This document shows, piece by piece, positions 44,362 through 61,710 of a stretch of DNA of 64,000 nt. The stretch covers positions 20,150,001 to 20,214,000 of the forward strand of contig CM126228.1 in the NCBI GenBank assembly GCA_052327205.1, read 5' to 3'. The notes under the pieces were generated by a model. The model saw only the letters and a list, made by a program, of their open reading frames with translations. It ran no database searches and had not been told where the DNA came from. Made by a program: the position numbers and the translations under genes. Source of the stretch: Somniosus microcephalus. Its lineage: Eukaryota. The first letter of the stretch is position 1. Each line of letters begins with the position of its first letter.

Positions 44362-47182
44362 TCTTAGACTTCATGTCCCTAGCTCAGAGGGTGGGCGGGT
44401 AACCTCCTGTGCTACAGTCGCTCAATAAGCAGCATCTAGACAATGAGAGCTTTTGGCCACGTCGTTATTCTCCCTTCTGTGGGAAACCTATGGCGGCTGC
44501 TGCCTCTCTGAATAGCACAGCAGAGATTAGAAATCCCGAGCATGGGGATCAGTGTTTTTTAATTCTAAATCCTCCCACTCTGTATGGCACATTACATTAA
44601 CACCCCAATACATATCTGCCTGTCAAATTATTTTTTTGAAGGGAACAGTTATTTGTAAACCTCAATTGTGTTGCACGTAAGTGGTATATTGATATTGTAG
44701 AAGAAGCTATGTCTTATTGTTTTGATATGTGAAAAATATGAAAAGTAAGTAATAGAGGAGAATAAGAGCTAATACACGAGAGAAGTGCCCTCTAAATAAT
44801 GTTTGCTGTGTGAAGGAAAATATTTGGTGGAAATTGTTGTTATGGGCTAATGTGATGGCTTTACATATAGCCACATACTCCCACCTACTGTGTTGCATCA
44901 GCACACCATTCCATTCCATTTTTGTCAGGTTGACCAGATATGTACCCATCCATTGTTCAGTGGACAAAATCATTACCAAGTGAGTCAACTTCACCAAACC
45001 TGAGCAGCTGTAGTTATTACATTCATTCGAAGAGCTGTAAAAACACAGGAAATGAAAGAACTTGGGTTGTATGTTTGATCCATTTTATTCTTTATATTCA
45101 TAGCTGAAAGGTTTACGGTAGAATTAAAACATTTTGCATTCGGGTGTATTCTAACGAGATTCAGAAGATACTTGAGCGTTTTTGACATTGGCAAAATGGG
45201 GCGTCATTGGTCACATTCTTCGTGTCTAACTTTGGTATTGCACTCCGAGCAAACTCCAGGCTCATATCTGTAATGTTTGGATAAGCAAAATGAACCGTAA
45301 ATTGTCTTGAATTCCAGGGTAACTAATATTTTCCTCATGTCTTTTATGAAAATTTCATAGTATTTGTATTTTGTAGCATTAAATAAGCCAACAATATTCA
45401 CAGTTTGTTTGTTAATCCCTGGAATCAGAATAAAATTCATTACAAGATGTTCTTTGGTGTGTTGAAGTTCATTAAACAGAGATGGTGGTCTCCCAACTCA
45501 ATTAATGGGTACATTCACAGGGTAGGGATAAGAACTAGCTCATTCTAAATCTAATTTTTGCTTCAAAAATTAAATGCAAATTTTGGACATGTTCACTTAT
45601 CCCTTTCTAAGAACCATCTGTTCTGTCATGTAGTAAATCCAGGAGGGGAGATTTGGGTAAATTTGAAGTGCTTTACCAAGCTTAATATTTAACCCACAGG
45701 AGCTGAAAGATTTATTTTGTGCTCAATTAAGTTTATTCCATTAAGATTTATATACCTGATAATGGGGGGGGGGGGGGGGGAACTTGACCTGAATAATAAA
45801 CTGCCATAACTGCAAAATGACTTGAATTATTTGAGATTATTAATGCACGTGGTGTGCAAAAACACTCCTGGAACTTAGACGTTTTGTTTATGCAAACATT
45901 ACATAGAGCTATATGATGTTCAATCTAACTAAGAGGCATTATTTCTTCATGTACAGCAAGAGAGGGTCTCCAGAGCTTCAAGGCAGCCATCTTGAAAATC
46001 ATATAGGCAGCAACACACTTTCCCTTGCTGCATAGCCCCCAATTGTGGTTTCAGCACTGAAGTAACACCAGCAGTGTTTTTTTTACTTCACACAACAAAC
46101 ATTTCTCTTCAAACTTAGTGTTGTCACCAAACTACCAACGGTGAATGTACAGACCTAGTGCTGTAAACATCTAACTGCATAGAAAATAATAATGGGACTA
46201 TCTTTGGTTACTGGATAGGCATTCTGGAGAAATGGTGCAAATCTGCTTGCTAATGATGTAATAATGGATTTTTTAAAATTTCAAAATTCCCATTCAAGTT
46301 TTGTAGTGTTTTGTCCACAAATAGTTTAAAACCTTTTTATAAATCTACTGATTCTTGCTTTGTCCGCAGATGGGTCGCCCAAGTATTTTACAAATATATT
46401 TGTAATGTACATTTCATTAGGTAAATTATAAAGCTGGAATTATTTTCAGTGTAACTAATGTTTCGATACAAGCTCAGTTGTTCTGTTCAGCTCAATTTCT
46501 GCTCCTAACTTCTGTATAATAAATGTCTTGATGTGAAAGTAAATTAACTATGCATGTTAGTTGCAGAGAAAGATTAGGCTGAATATACTGGTGCACAAAA
46601 TGCCCTAGTTGTACAAATTGGAATTGAATAGCTTAAATTCCAAAATCACCCAGGTCATCAAATAAGTGTCAGATGATCACTTTCATATGTACTTTAACCT
46701 TGATTAATTTTTTTCCGTTACTTTTTCCTTTTATCCTCATTTCTTCAATCCCCTCCCTAATCTCCAAAAGCTTGTAATCCAATACTCCCGATCTTTAAAT
46801 AGAAGTGGCTGCTGTGCTCTGGTTTGTAGTACAGCGCCAACATTCCAAGAAGGTTCCTGTCACTGTTTAGACTGCTTTAGTTGTAAAGCCAGAAAAGCAG
46901 GGGGGCAGCACACCTCGCACAAGAAAATATTTAGCTGATTGGCACATCTATACCTTGCAGTCTCTGCAACACATTTCCAGTCTCCTGTATCGATTAAGTC
47001 GAGCGAATCACAAACCTACAGGACTATTAGCTGGTTTGTTTTCTCCCTGCCTCTAAAAAGTGAACGTAATGGAAAATTGAAAAATAAACAGATTCTGCTA
47101 TTCAGTATAATTATATTTATAGTTGTTTGATACAAAGACTGTGGATCCATTACTTAACACTTCTTTTTCTTTTTGTTTATAG

Positions 47183-48425
<1,243 letters not shown>

Positions 48426-50148
48426 TAAGGTAGTTGTGTTGCTGGTAGTGCTGGCTGTCATTGTTCAGATGTTTTGCAATAATATTTGGCAAGAGCACAA
48501 TATAGTATAAGGAGGGTTGAGCAGCGTGTCACTTGTCTATGAGGAGCATTTATGCTAGCATTTTACAATAAGAATTTTCATGCGGTTTAAGGACCAACTG
48601 TGTAAACTAAATTTCCTAGCTATCCAACAGCAGTCTTAACAATATTTAATGACTGCAATTCTTGCAACCCTTAGTAGTGCAACAAAAATATTGTTTTTTA
48701 AGTAGTGCATTCTGAACGCAGAATGTATCCCACAAGTGAGGACTAAAGTCGCGTCCCAGAGGTATGGAGCGTTGTATTGGTTCTATTGACTGACTTATTT
48801 CAGTCGGCAGCTTGTCCTCAAATATTGGTCCATATCACAGCTGTAATGTAACACCATGTTGAAATACTATACTGTAGTTTAGCAGGGACTGGAATGCATT
48901 TTATTATTTGACAAGAAAATGGTACTGCTGGGAATAAAATGTTAATTTTTAATGCCCCGTGTCAATAGTAAATTCTGCCTTGTATCAACTAGACGCAGAA
49001 AGATCTGCCTCAACCCTTATTTCAGAAGATTACCTTCCTTTTCCTGCTGCCACTTGTGCAAGTTTCATATTGTAAGCAGAGATAAATCACTCAAATCACT
49101 GAAAAGGCAGGATTTCATCTAATTTATTTTGCTTTGTAATTTTAAAATATTGTCCCTATGTGTGAGCCCAGTTGGTGTGTCAGCAGGTTATCTTTTTCAT
49201 TGAACAAGGAGCACAAGCCTCTTCCTTTCTCTGCCCCCCTCTCCCCCCCGCCCCCACCAAAGTTTAGGGTGCCGAGGCCAATTGAAAAGATTGTCTTTCT
49301 GCTTTTCAAGCTAGCCATTCTTGTGGCTTGTGCACGAAACTACTTTTAATGGAAAATTGTAGCAGTAATTGAATTGGGACTTCAAACTTGCAGTCTGGTT
49401 ATTTGAAATGTTAGAATAAAATAAATAGCATGCACTTCCACCAATTGCCAATTCTAAAATGTGTTCTTGTGGTATTGGAATTTTGGGGCTGAATGAAGTA
49501 AGAAGTTAATTGCAGTCTACACAGCTAAATACATCTACGCAATTGATACTGAAAGGTCATTTATTCTTTAAATATTAAACTGATATTTAATTGATCACTA
49601 TAGGAGGTCGCTAGGGCCAGTCAGATTGTTAATATTTGAGAAAATTTAGAGGGTGTTCTTCCAAAGTCCAGAGCTTCTATGGTCACGGAATTACAGAATC
49701 CTGACGTTCTTGCTGTGCTGTTGGGAGACATTTGCAGTCCAGCCATTATCCGTCTGTTGTTTTGATCTGAGCCTATGGTCATATCTTGGTTTTCTGTTGC
49801 TGACATTGTTCCAGGATGTAACTTGTGGCTTGCATTCTGGCGTTTTATAATGGCAGCATGTGATGCGGGTAGTGTACAATAATACTGAGGTGGTGTGACC
49901 TTGCTGGTATCCCATTTTGTAGTCCCTTTGGAAATTAAGGCACTAGAATGTTGACATCTGTCATAAGGTTAGCATCTGTTCCTTGAGTGCAGATTAAATG
50001 TCTGGATGCTTCTGCTCATGCGTTACATTTTATCAGGGAGCAGCATATCCCTACAGTGAATACTGCATAAGAAATATAAGCCATCCTGATAGTAATAAAA
50101 TCTTTAGTTTGACAGCATGGTCTCTTTCAGCTCGTGGATAGAGTTCAG

Positions 50149-51625
50149 GAGAATCATAGCACGATACAGCACAGAAGGAGGCCATTGTGCCTGTGCCGGC
50201 TCTTTGGTGGAGCTATCCAATTAGTCTCCTTCCCCTTAGCCCTGTATTTTTTTCCCCTTCAAGTATTTATCCAATTCTCTTTTGAATGTTACTCTGCTTC
50301 CACCACCCTTTTCAGGCAGTGCATTCCAGATCACAACAACATTTTAAAAATTGTTTCTTAATGTCACCTGTGTTTTTTTTGCCAATCACCTTAAATCTGT
50401 ATCCTCTGGTTACTGGCTCCTTATTTACTCTGTCAAAACTGTTGGATTTTGAACACCTGTCAAATCTTCTCTTAACCTTCTCTGCTCTAAGGAGAACAAC
50501 CCCAGTCTCTCCTCATAACTGAAGTCCCTTATCCCTGGTACCATTCCAGTAAATCTCTTCTGCACCCTCTCCAACGTTTTGACATCCTACTTCAGCTGAT
50601 GCCTAACCAGGGGTTTTATAAAGGTTTAACATAACTTCCTTGCTTTTGTACTCTCTTCCTCCATTAATAAAGCCAAGGATTCCATTTTTTTAAAAAACAG
50701 CCTTCTCAACTTGTTTTGCCACCGTCAGGCTCTCTGTTCCTACACCCCTCTCATTCTTCTTACCAAAATGAATCACTTCACACTTCTGTGTTAGATTTCA
50801 TCTGCCATGTCTGCCCATTTCACCAGTCTGTGTCCTCCTGAAGTCTGTTACTATCCTCCTCATTGTTTACTACATTTGGGTTTCGTGTCATCTGCACACT
50901 TTGAAATTATGTCCTGTACACCCAAGTCCAGGTCATTAATATATACATCAAAAAGAGCAGTGGTCCCAATACCAACCCCTGGGGAACAGCACTGTATACC
51001 TCTCTCCAGTCTGAAAAAACAGCCGTCCACCACTACTCTCTGCTTTCTGTCTCGTAGCTAATTTTGTATCCATGCAGCCACTGTCCCTTTAATCCCATGG
51101 GCTTTAATTTTACTAACCAGTCTATTATGTGGTACTTTGTCAAATGCCTTTTGAAAGTCCATATACACAACATTAACCGAACTACCCTCGGCAACCCTCT
51201 TGGTTACTTCATCAAAGAACTCGATCAAGTTAGTCAAACATGATTTGTCTTTTAACAAATCCGTGCTGACTTTCATTTATTAGCTCATACTTTCCAAATG
51301 GCAATTAATTTTGTCCCGGGTTATTGTCTCTAAAATGTTCTCCCACCACTGACGTTAGGCTGACTGGCCTGTAGTTGTCAGGTTTATCTCCCTCCCCTTT
51401 TTAAAAAAAAAACGGTTGTAACATTTGTAACCCTCCAGTCCTCTGGCACCACCCCCATATCCAAGGAGGATTGGAAGATTGTGGCCAGAGCCTCCTGAAA
51501 TTTCCACCCTTACTTCCCTCAGTAACCTAGATGCATCCCATCTGGGCCAGGTGACCTTTCTGCTTTTAGGACTGCCAACCTTTTAAGTACATCCTCTTTA
51601 TTTTTATCCTATCCAATATCGCTAC
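50149..51625 (-). mobile_element. CR1 LINE in intron 2
   Basis: Minus ORF KSCLTNLIEFFDEVTKRV.EG..V.VVYMDFQKAFDKVPHNRLVSKIKAHGI; CR1 tail at 50149-50185. Confidence 0.93.
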
Positions 51626-54600
51626 TGTTGCAAGTCTTAAGTGGTTGCATAGTTTTGCTTTTGAGTCGGGTTGAGCTTACTGACCCAACAAATACAATAT
51701 TCTTAGGATAAGCGGTTGGGCTGAGCAGCATAGACATATTTGCATGTTGTGATGTGAGCATGAGAATAGAACTTAGAATGTACAAGGAACAGGCTTTTTT
51801 AATTGAAATAGATAATGGAAATTTGTATATTAATCTTTATGAAACAACTTAATATAGCGCGACTTCCTTGTGAAACACCTGAATGTTTTTCATGCTTTGG
51901 CACCATTATGCTTGAGGAACACCATTTTTTGTTGTTGTTTCTACCCACACGTGCGTCAGTTGATCAATTATTAAACTGAAAACAAAAATAAATTTCAATG
52001 CTGTGGGCATTTTTATCCCAAACTGTTCTACCAGTTTTCTGGGTTCATGTGTGCATGGAGACATTACAGTATTAAGGAGTAAGTCTGGGAGGGTGTGCAA
52101 AAATCATATTTGAGCCTATGCTAGGAGCTCAGCGCTGAGCCAAATGCTGGATTAAAGTTATGTAACGTCTGCTGAAAGGTCTGTATATTTTGTTTTAGTT
52201 CAGTGCCTGATGTAGCACTAAAGGAATGGGGCCTTGGTGGTCTGCATTCTAACTTCATTTTGAGCGAATGTAGAAGGACTGTACTGAATGTAATGATCCC
52301 AGTACAGTAAGTGGCAGTTGGCAATCTATGGAGCCAAGTTTTAACTTGAGTGAATGTTAAAAGGCAGAGCACCAAATATCCTAGAAATGGTCTGTAATGA
52401 GGGAACTGTGCACCTAGAAATAACATTGCCTGCAAAATGCTCCGTTTCTCGCACTGTAAAATGTATATACCACTATGAATCCGGAGTGCCGTTGATGCAG
52501 CAAATATTACAACCCACGACTCATTATGTAAATGTGTAACTTGCCTTTTTAAATTTGAGGAAAGGAAACTGCTAGGTGTTGTTTTGGTAAATGCTGATAA
52601 TTGAAATGGTGCTGCAAAGGCTGATTCCATATACATTGCATGCTTGGCTTCACCGGTGCATAAAGCTGCAGTGAGGTGGATCGTGGCCTTCGTACTTAAT
52701 CATTTGTGATTTAATTTTGGATTGTGCTGTGCAGCCTAGTTTGTAACTGGTTTTGAGTTGCATGCACTGAAGATTCAATTTAAAAAAAAAAAATCCAGTA
52801 TCTTCCTCTGCGGACGAGAGTTTAAATCCTTGTCCCTTTTGCCTACCGCATGGTGCGGAGTTAAAATGATTGCTCACAGACAACACCCACTTCAAGTGTT
52901 TATTTTTCAACTGTAGAAAATGCTGGTTTCTAAATTAGGAGCTCCCTTCCAACTTTTCAATAATTTTTGCATAAAATGATATTTTGAAGTTCAGTTTCCC
53001 AGAAATGTAACTTCTAACTTTCTGGCATAGCTTCTGACCCCATTCTTCTAGGTCTACCATTTTATATATTGACTTTTTAAAAAACTTAATTCTACAATCT
53101 TCAGTTTCTACATTTGAAAATCAACTTTCAGTCTTGCGCATTTTAGTTTCACAAATAATCGCTAGTTTGGTTTCAGTTTTATAGTTTGCCTCTTTAAATA
53201 AACTAGAGGATTTTTCTTTGAACTGAGTATTTTCTTTGCAGAATGTTAGATGAGTTTCGTCTTATGGTTGCATTTGTGATGCGCTGTGACCTTTTTCTTA
53301 ACTTTTTTTAATATATTAATCCTTTTGCCTGGAGTGATAGGAAGGGGGTGGGAAAGACTATTCAAAGTAATATTTGTCTCAGTTGTTCACGCATCATTCT
53401 AACTACTTCTCCACGTTTTAATTAAACTTGTGTGTCTTCCCCTTGTCTGACACAAGTCCCGTACAGAAAAGTGAATGTTTGGAAACATCCCTGTAAAAGT
53501 AAAGGGTCTCACAACTTTCCACTTAGCAACTGATTCCTCAACCCAGAGCGAGTGCATCAGGTCAGGCATCTAAAAAGCGAATACTTGAGCATCAGTGCCC
53601 TCTTGAATTTTAAAACCTTTTCAGATTGTCACCAAATTGAATAAAGGACTCTTCATCATACTTATTTTCTCTTCAAATTGTTCAATCTAAAAATATAAAA
53701 TAGTAACAGAAAATGCCGGTCAGCCAGCAGTTGTAGGGAATAAATAGGTTATGGTGTTTCGGAAGTGTACCCTGCATCAGAACAACATTTACACACAAGT
53801 CATAATATGGCTGACCTGTGTATTTCTAACATTTTCTGTTGTTTCTGATTTTTTTTTTTAATGCTACTAAACTCAAGATTATGACCTTGTTGTGAGACCT
53901 AGTAAATCAAGACATAACTACATCCTTAATTTACTGACCCACTGCCTCTATTTAAAAACAACTGCATTCATGGGTACCTGCTTGACCCCTTAAACACTGA
54001 AAAATGCTGAGAACTAGGGAAAGCATTAAAAATGGAATGTAAACCCTGAAGTAACATGAATATCGCAAGCCAAAACCAGCATTTGCTTCACCCATTGCAT
54101 ATATCTTTTTAAACATTTAGATTTTTTAAAAAACTATTTGCAGCTTTTCCTAGAAGTGGTGTTTTTGGGATGGTGATATTTGAGTTATTGCATCTTCAGC
54201 TGATGACTAAATGTCAAATTAGAGATTAATTTTTGATCTATACAAATACTGTATAAGCCTATTCCCATAAGGGAAGACTGGAGCCCAGAACCTGTCTCTG
54301 TTGGTTTATCTCTAACTTGGCTTTGCATAAGGAACTGTTGAAGTCTTGCTAGATTCATTTGGGATTTATAGTCTCATGAAATCAAGTTGACAGTATGATT
54401 TCAAGGGCGCCACCATTTTTGAATAGAAAGCTGGGAGATTTCTACATTATTATGACATTGTAACCTTGCACCAAGTACACATTGACAGGTCTTTAAAACT
54501 GTTTAACTTTGCAGTTCCTGTTGAAACCGCATCAATATTAGGGAAGGAATGTATAGAAGTAGAACTTGCTACGTTCCAAATACTTTTTTCATCAGGTGAT

Positions 54601-57600
54601 TTTGAGTAACATAGTGTGGGTTTTTAAAGTTTCAAACTTCTATTTAATAGCAGTCTGCTAATCCAGTTCTTTGCAAACTGGCCCATGTACAGTATTCAGA
54701 TTGGCTGGGTTTATATTTGCTTAATTTGGTCTGAATTTATGTTGCGCTTTTTTGGAGCAGAAAGAAGATTGAGAAAATGTAGGCTTTTTCCATTTAGTCT
54801 AATCTTATTTTATAGAAATGGATATAACTAGTTCTCCTTTATTGTGGATTCGAAGCTTTGCCAGATTACTTCACTGTGGGTTCCATGTAATATTCTCTCC
54901 GTAGTCGTTATTTGTGCTGCGGAATGAGGCAGAGTTAACAACTTCTACTTGGGGTAACGAAAGCAGACCGCCAACATGGCAGGTCCATATGGTCTTCAGT
55001 TTAACTTCCATATCGAAGTTGACTTGTTAATTCTAGTGTTTCAACTCTGTCACTGCTAAGAAGCATTTAGTCTTCTAATGAAGTAACTTTTATTGCAGTG
55101 GAAGGTTTTATATTACTAAAATTGGTTGCAGACTTTTACTTGTGTGACGAGTCAGTTTGGGTGCAAAATCTGTTAAATTTTGAACTTCTGGACCCTGAAT
55201 GATAAGTTTTGGGCTCTGGTATTAACCTGGCAGCTGCTCTACTTGGTGGCTTGTTTAATACTTGTTTAAGCACTTATGTAACCAAAAGTGTATCACTGAA
55301 ATATTTGTAATCACTTAATTTGATATAAAATGGGCATTCTGTTATGGTGCAGTCTACCTATCCATAATCACTAACTTGTTCCTAAACGGTTTCTTTCACC
55401 AATTTGCTGCACTGGGGTATAGTCTCACAGACACTGCCTAATGACACCTCCCCCAAGTGCCCATTACTCATGTGAGCCTTGGCAGCAAGTGAAGAGATCA
55501 CTTGAACCTGATTGTGGTCCTCGCCTGCTCGCGGTCACAGCAGGGGTTGCCGGATAGCAGTCTGGAGTGGGAACCCTGGCATTCTTGTAGCACTCTTGAC
55601 TGCTGTCCCTGCTGAGCAGCAGCACACAGCACAGATTGGAAGGCGCATGTCCTGTATAACCTCATTGAGCCACTGGTTTTAACCAAATATTTCACTGGCT
55701 TCCTTGACTTACTGAGATTCTTTTTAAAATCGATTGTTGAAAATTGATGATAACACCTTTTGCCCTGGAAAACACCAGTAACATTTGAGCATCAAACACA
55801 AGCTAGATAAATGCACCCAGTTTCAAACCTGTTACCTCAATGTTGGGCATCTCATGCTTGATGCTGTCTAATTAGGTCTTCTAATTGCATGCTGTGACTA
55901 TTTGAATGTGCACCTGAATGTAAAGTTTTCATTAAATGTTGGTAATGCACAGATTTTCCATGTAGTTAAACATTCCACGTACAAGGGTCCCTTTATCTTT
56001 CCTCCAGACCTCTCCCTTCCTCTCCTGAAGGCAGCAGTTTGTGCCAGGATATGGTTCCACACGCAGTGGCCCCCAGTAGCTCTGAAATGGCCATTCTTCA
56101 TGTGTGAACCTGGATGGTGAGTGCTAATTCTGCTATTCACAGCCAAGCCCTGCCCTTGTTCACTTGACATTCACTTGAAGCAGGAATTGCTGATCTGACG
56201 GGCTGAGTGTTTCCAGAAATTTCTGTTTTTGTTTGAGTTCCAGCATATGCAGTTTTTAAAATGTTTATTTATACCTTGTCTCTGTATGGCTTGGAGCAAT
56301 AACCGTGCTTGTACCCACTGAGCAAAGACCAGAACACCGAGCGTTTGTAGTCTGGAGGCATAGCTTCTATCGGCCAGAGGAGCATTGGTGCAGGGACGCT
56401 CAGTACTAAAGCCTGTGAGCCTTGATTCTCCATTGTGGTCAGTTCCTGACCTACGCTGTACCAAATGGAAATTTTCGAATCTCCTTGTAGGCCTCATCTG
56501 TGCACTACCTTTCATCACCTAGTGCTTCATTTAAAAGAGACCGTGGTGGCGGTCAGGAAGCAGGCCACCCACTTGCCCTCCTTGCAGAGGGAAAAAAATA
56601 CAGGAAAATATGTTCTAGTCTGAGGATGAAGTACATATTTACAATTACTGGTCGATAATTAGTGGTTTTGATGAATGATGTGAGTGATTGGAATACGGTA
56701 TTGAGCTCCTGTCAATTCACCACCTTGCTTCTGTCTTGATAGTTCCAGATTTTGTTGTTTTTATGCTGAATTTATCAAAAATGGCAAAACAAATTCCATG
56801 CAATCACATCATTGAATTAGATACAGGGACATTACTCTCCAACCTTCCTTCAAAAGTCTTATTTTTTTCTCCCTTGTAACCTCTCTAATAGGGAAGTTAG
56901 GTTAGGTTGGGTTTTTGTTCCTAATATTTTGGGTCTATTTTCTTAAGTTTGCTATTTTTAGCAAGAGGAAAATGGGTGAATGGAGAAAAATACAGTATAC
57001 CCTGTTCTAAGGGTGGACCAAAAGTCGGTGTTTACACTTACCTTCAAACTTAGCAAAACAGGAGGAACAGTATTATGAATGGAAGCTAACGTGTCCCCCC
57101 AAATATTCTGATGTGCATTGTTGAATGACCAAATATTGCTGGATCCTTTAGGTCTTTCACTAGGCAGCCGATGGGCATTAACCTGCAATCGGGGGTGAAT
57201 TTAGGAGAAGAGAGAGAAAGATGTATTACCATGTGGATTTGATCGGAGTAGTGGATAACCTAGATCAGTTGTCAATGCTCATGTTGCATGGCAAAGCACA
57301 TTTAATTTTGATGGCATGCATTGAAAAATTGCATAATGGCCTTATTTAAAATTGCAACCCGCATTAATATACTCTTCAAATGCCCACTAAAAGCTAATTA
57401 AAAAAATTTCTGTTGAAGTAACTACAATTTTCCTTTGTAATAGGAAAAGACTACATGTAAAATCTTAGTGAACACTAGGTTAGAACCATAATTATGCTGC
57501 ATTGTGTCTTTTATTCGACTTTTGCTGGCCTACTTCTAAGTTTTTTGAACTGAATTATAAACATTTAGCCATGGCATCAGAATGGTGCACCGAATTGGCC

Positions 57601-58190
57601 TTCCTGGTCACTTGCATTTTGTTCCCCTGACCATGAATGTAGCAAGTATTCACCCACACGTAGTAAATGGATCCACCTAGAAAAGTAGCAGAAAAATGAA
57701 CTTTTATGGCCCAAGTTATGATGGAACATTACATACAATATTTCTAGGATTGGAAGGCACTGCTTATTCATGTTAGTGTTTCTAGAACAGAGGCTGGCAC
57801 CACTGAGTTTTGTGGGGTTAAAAATAGGATGCTTGCTGGCAATTGACCCTTTTTTTTATTTGTGTGATAGACCAATAACGTAAGCATATTACCCACAAAT
57901 GACAGTTTGTTGACGAGCAAGTGAATCAGTGACGCAGTTTCTGATCAGATCCAGTATCCTGTTGTAAGTGTAAGCAGTTTCCAAAACTTAAGTTTAAATT
58001 CCAGATTGCTGCATGGAATGTCTTATCTAATGTATTTTGCAGGAGAGAATAATACAGAAGATCTGTAAACCAACCGATTGTGTTTAAATGGCGCGTGCAT
58101 GGATTATTGTATTCTATTTTTGGGTGCAAGTGACTTAGCATGCAACAACTCTTTTTGGAGGGGAAAAAAATTGATATCTTACTTTTCTAG

Positions 58191-58367
<177 letters not shown>

Positions 58368-58615
58368 TGAGTGCATTATTGTACAGTTTAGTACAGTAAT
58401 TTAGCCTGCACTAAACTGCTATGTTTTGAACTACGCAATTATTTTGTTCATAAAACAGAAAAGGATATAAGTAAGTGTTTACGTGGAATTTATCCTAAAC
58501 GCTTATTTTATCCCTTTTAAGCATTTGTTGTATTGAGTTCAATGCAGCACTTCATTTGTAGAGCCCAGACATTTCACGATGTAGCAGTTAATGGAATGAT
58601 CCAAAGCTCATTTGA

Positions 58616-58909
<294 letters not shown>

Positions 58910-59268
58910 TAACTTCTTGTCCTGAATTTGTGTTCTTATTGAATTAATTCAAATTTATTTCAGATATTTATATTCTAATTTAGTCTGTAATCTGTGAATT
59001 GAAAAAAATGATAACCAACTCTTAACTAATTTTGGCTGAGCTATTGGATAGAAACTGAAGGGAGGGGAAACTTGAAGAGTAAATCCAGGCTCCTGCATTA
59101 TAACATCCGGTTAGAGTGGGAGTTTAGGGACAAGATTGCCTTCCTGCTTTCCCTGGAGTTGGGAATTATTGATGCAATTATCTGTTGACGGGCAGACAGG
59201 AGAATAATGAGACAAAGGTACTTGCGGAATTGAAGAGTAGGTGAAAGGAAAAGTTGAGGCTCCTATAA

Positions 59269-59496
<228 letters not shown>

Positions 59497-60575
59497 TAAT
59501 AAGTTTGCTACATCACTTTTGTACACCGTTCGTCTTGTGTTTGGTAAAATACTGTTGCTCTGAGAATCCATTTTTAAGAAAATCTAATTCAATAATTAGA
59601 CCAGAAGGGAGTTACTTTAACCGAAACGGGTAGCAGCAGAAGCTTTGTCATTTACTTATTGTAGAGAATTATTCAGTTTACACTTTCAGTGCATTGGCAC
59701 ACATGGTGACCTTTCTGCAACATTACAAAGGATTTGTCCCCTCCTTTTATGACTCAAGGATATGCCTGCCTACTACCCTTATGGCAGGGAATTTTGCATC
59801 TTTTAAATGAAGTTTGGTACCAGTTAACTGAAGTTTTCTTTCTTTCTGGTAAGTCATTTTTAATGGCCTGGAAAGCCACTTGCATTCATTAAGGAATAAT
59901 GGTGGGACCTTCCAAGGAAGATTTTCAGTAGAAGACCTTCACTTTGATGAAGAAAGCTAGTGAGCGGGTAAAAATAGATGATTGAAAAGTGGAAGGTACT
60001 ATCACAAATTAGACAACAAAACCGTATGACTGTTGTAGCGCAAAATAGACTGACGAGTTGCTGTAGTTAGGTTTTTTATCACTTTTTGTCGTCCGTAAGC
60101 ATTCTTGCTACGTGTAATGAGTTCAGTGCACATTAGATTTGCACTGTTCCTTTAAGATGCTATAAAGATCCTCCCTGTATCATGGTAACACTATTTCCTT
60201 GGCTTGCCATCCTGATTTGGTAGAAAGATTTGCATATAGAATGAGATGTATGTTTTAAAATTGATCAACTAATGCTAAATCTTGGATAGTTGGTTCTATG
60301 CTCAACTGCATTGGAACTTCCTAATTTTAACAGCTATCCAAGAAAGGACACTTTGTCCCTTTTTTGGTCCAGACTGAGTTAGAATCAAAGATGAAGTTAT
60401 CCCACTGGGTGTCCAACTTTTCATAGATGATTTATAAAATAAAATATCTAATATGTACCAGTGAAACACTTGCCGTAAGTTAAAATGGTCTGTTGTATTC
60501 AATCTTTGAATCATTCAAACTGTAGAAATTATGCCAGATCTCCAGATTTTACAATGCTTAAATTGTTTGTTTCAG

Positions 60576-61710
60576 ATACCATGAAAGCGAATTGTCCGAC
60601 CATGACTGGCCTTTGCACAGTAACTTTGAGGCAGATGATGTTCAGCGTGATCCACGAGCAATGTCTGACATGACTGAAGAGGAGGAGGTGCAAGTGGACC
60701 CTCGCAAGTATTTAGATGGAGACCGTGAAAAGTATTTGGAGGATCCTGCATTTGACTTGAACTTTTCCAGCGAACATTCTTGGCCACATCCAGATCACCA
60801 TGAAAACAAATACTGTGATCTGGAATGTGGCCACACCTGTAACTATAAAGTGGGGTCACCATCCTACCTGGATAACTTGGTGTGGAGGGAGAGTGAAGTG
60901 AACCATTACTATGAGCCCAAACTTATTATAGACCTATCTAACTGGAAAGAGCAGAGCAGAGAGAAGCCAGATAAAAAAGGCAAATCAAAGTGTGAAAAGA
61001 ACGGGCTGGTGAAAGCACAGTTAGCTCTGGTGGAGGCATCCCAACAGATTGTTGAGAAGGACAAAGAGAAGATCCGGGGGTTTGACTTTGATTCTTTCAT
61101 GGCAAGCACCATCAAGCTTAGTTTGCAGCCAGAGTCTCCTGATGTAGACAAGCTGAATGACTTGAACAGCTCAGTGTCCCAGTTGGACCTAAAAAGCTCA
61201 ATGTCAAATTGCAAATCTGTCAGTCAGGAGAAGGAGGAGAAGGGGATGGCCAATTTGGCTCAACTAGAGTGTCTAAGCCAGAATCCATGGGAGTGCCAGT
61301 TTGCAATCGATGGAAGTGGTGGCGGGGATGAAAGCTTTCTAATTCACCTCGATGAAGATGTTTGTTGGGACAGCAGGAAAGATGAACAGCTAGAAAAAAG
61401 TACATTCACTAGTTACTTAGACAAGTTATTCAACAAAAAAGAGGATGTAGAAATAGCAGAATCAGAGCCGGCAAGTGACAGGAAGCTGGGGGACAGAATT
61501 AGCGAAGAGAGTGTGAAAGAGATGAGCAGAAATGGGGAGATCCCCTTTAGCAAGCAGTTGGAGTCCATTGGTATCCCCCAATTTGACAATCCTGTCAGTT
61601 CACCGCTGAAATCTAGAGCGATTCAGACCACTTTAGCACCTGCGGCTGCAAAACTGTCTCCTCAGATTCCTCATAAGACCTATAGTAGCATCTTGAAACA
61701 TTTGAACTGA
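60576..61710 (+). CDS. MAPK6: MAPK6 last coding exon (1135 nt; C34 domain and C-terminal tail); total CDS 2202 nt, 733 aa
   Basis: TTGTTTCAG| YHESELSDHDW...EEEVQVDPRKYLDGDREKYLED...HYYEPKLIIDLSNWKEQ...SPQIPHKTYSSILKHLN*. Confidence 0.98.

Noticed and set aside
45764-45780. G17 run (also C tracts at about 3480 and 11455)
   Set aside because: Simple homopolymers; G-quadruplex potential alone is not evidence of function, and lengths may be assembly-sensitive.
52121-52636. 171-aa antisense ORF in intron 2
   Set aside because: No recognisable homology, coding-like composition or flanking splice evidence.
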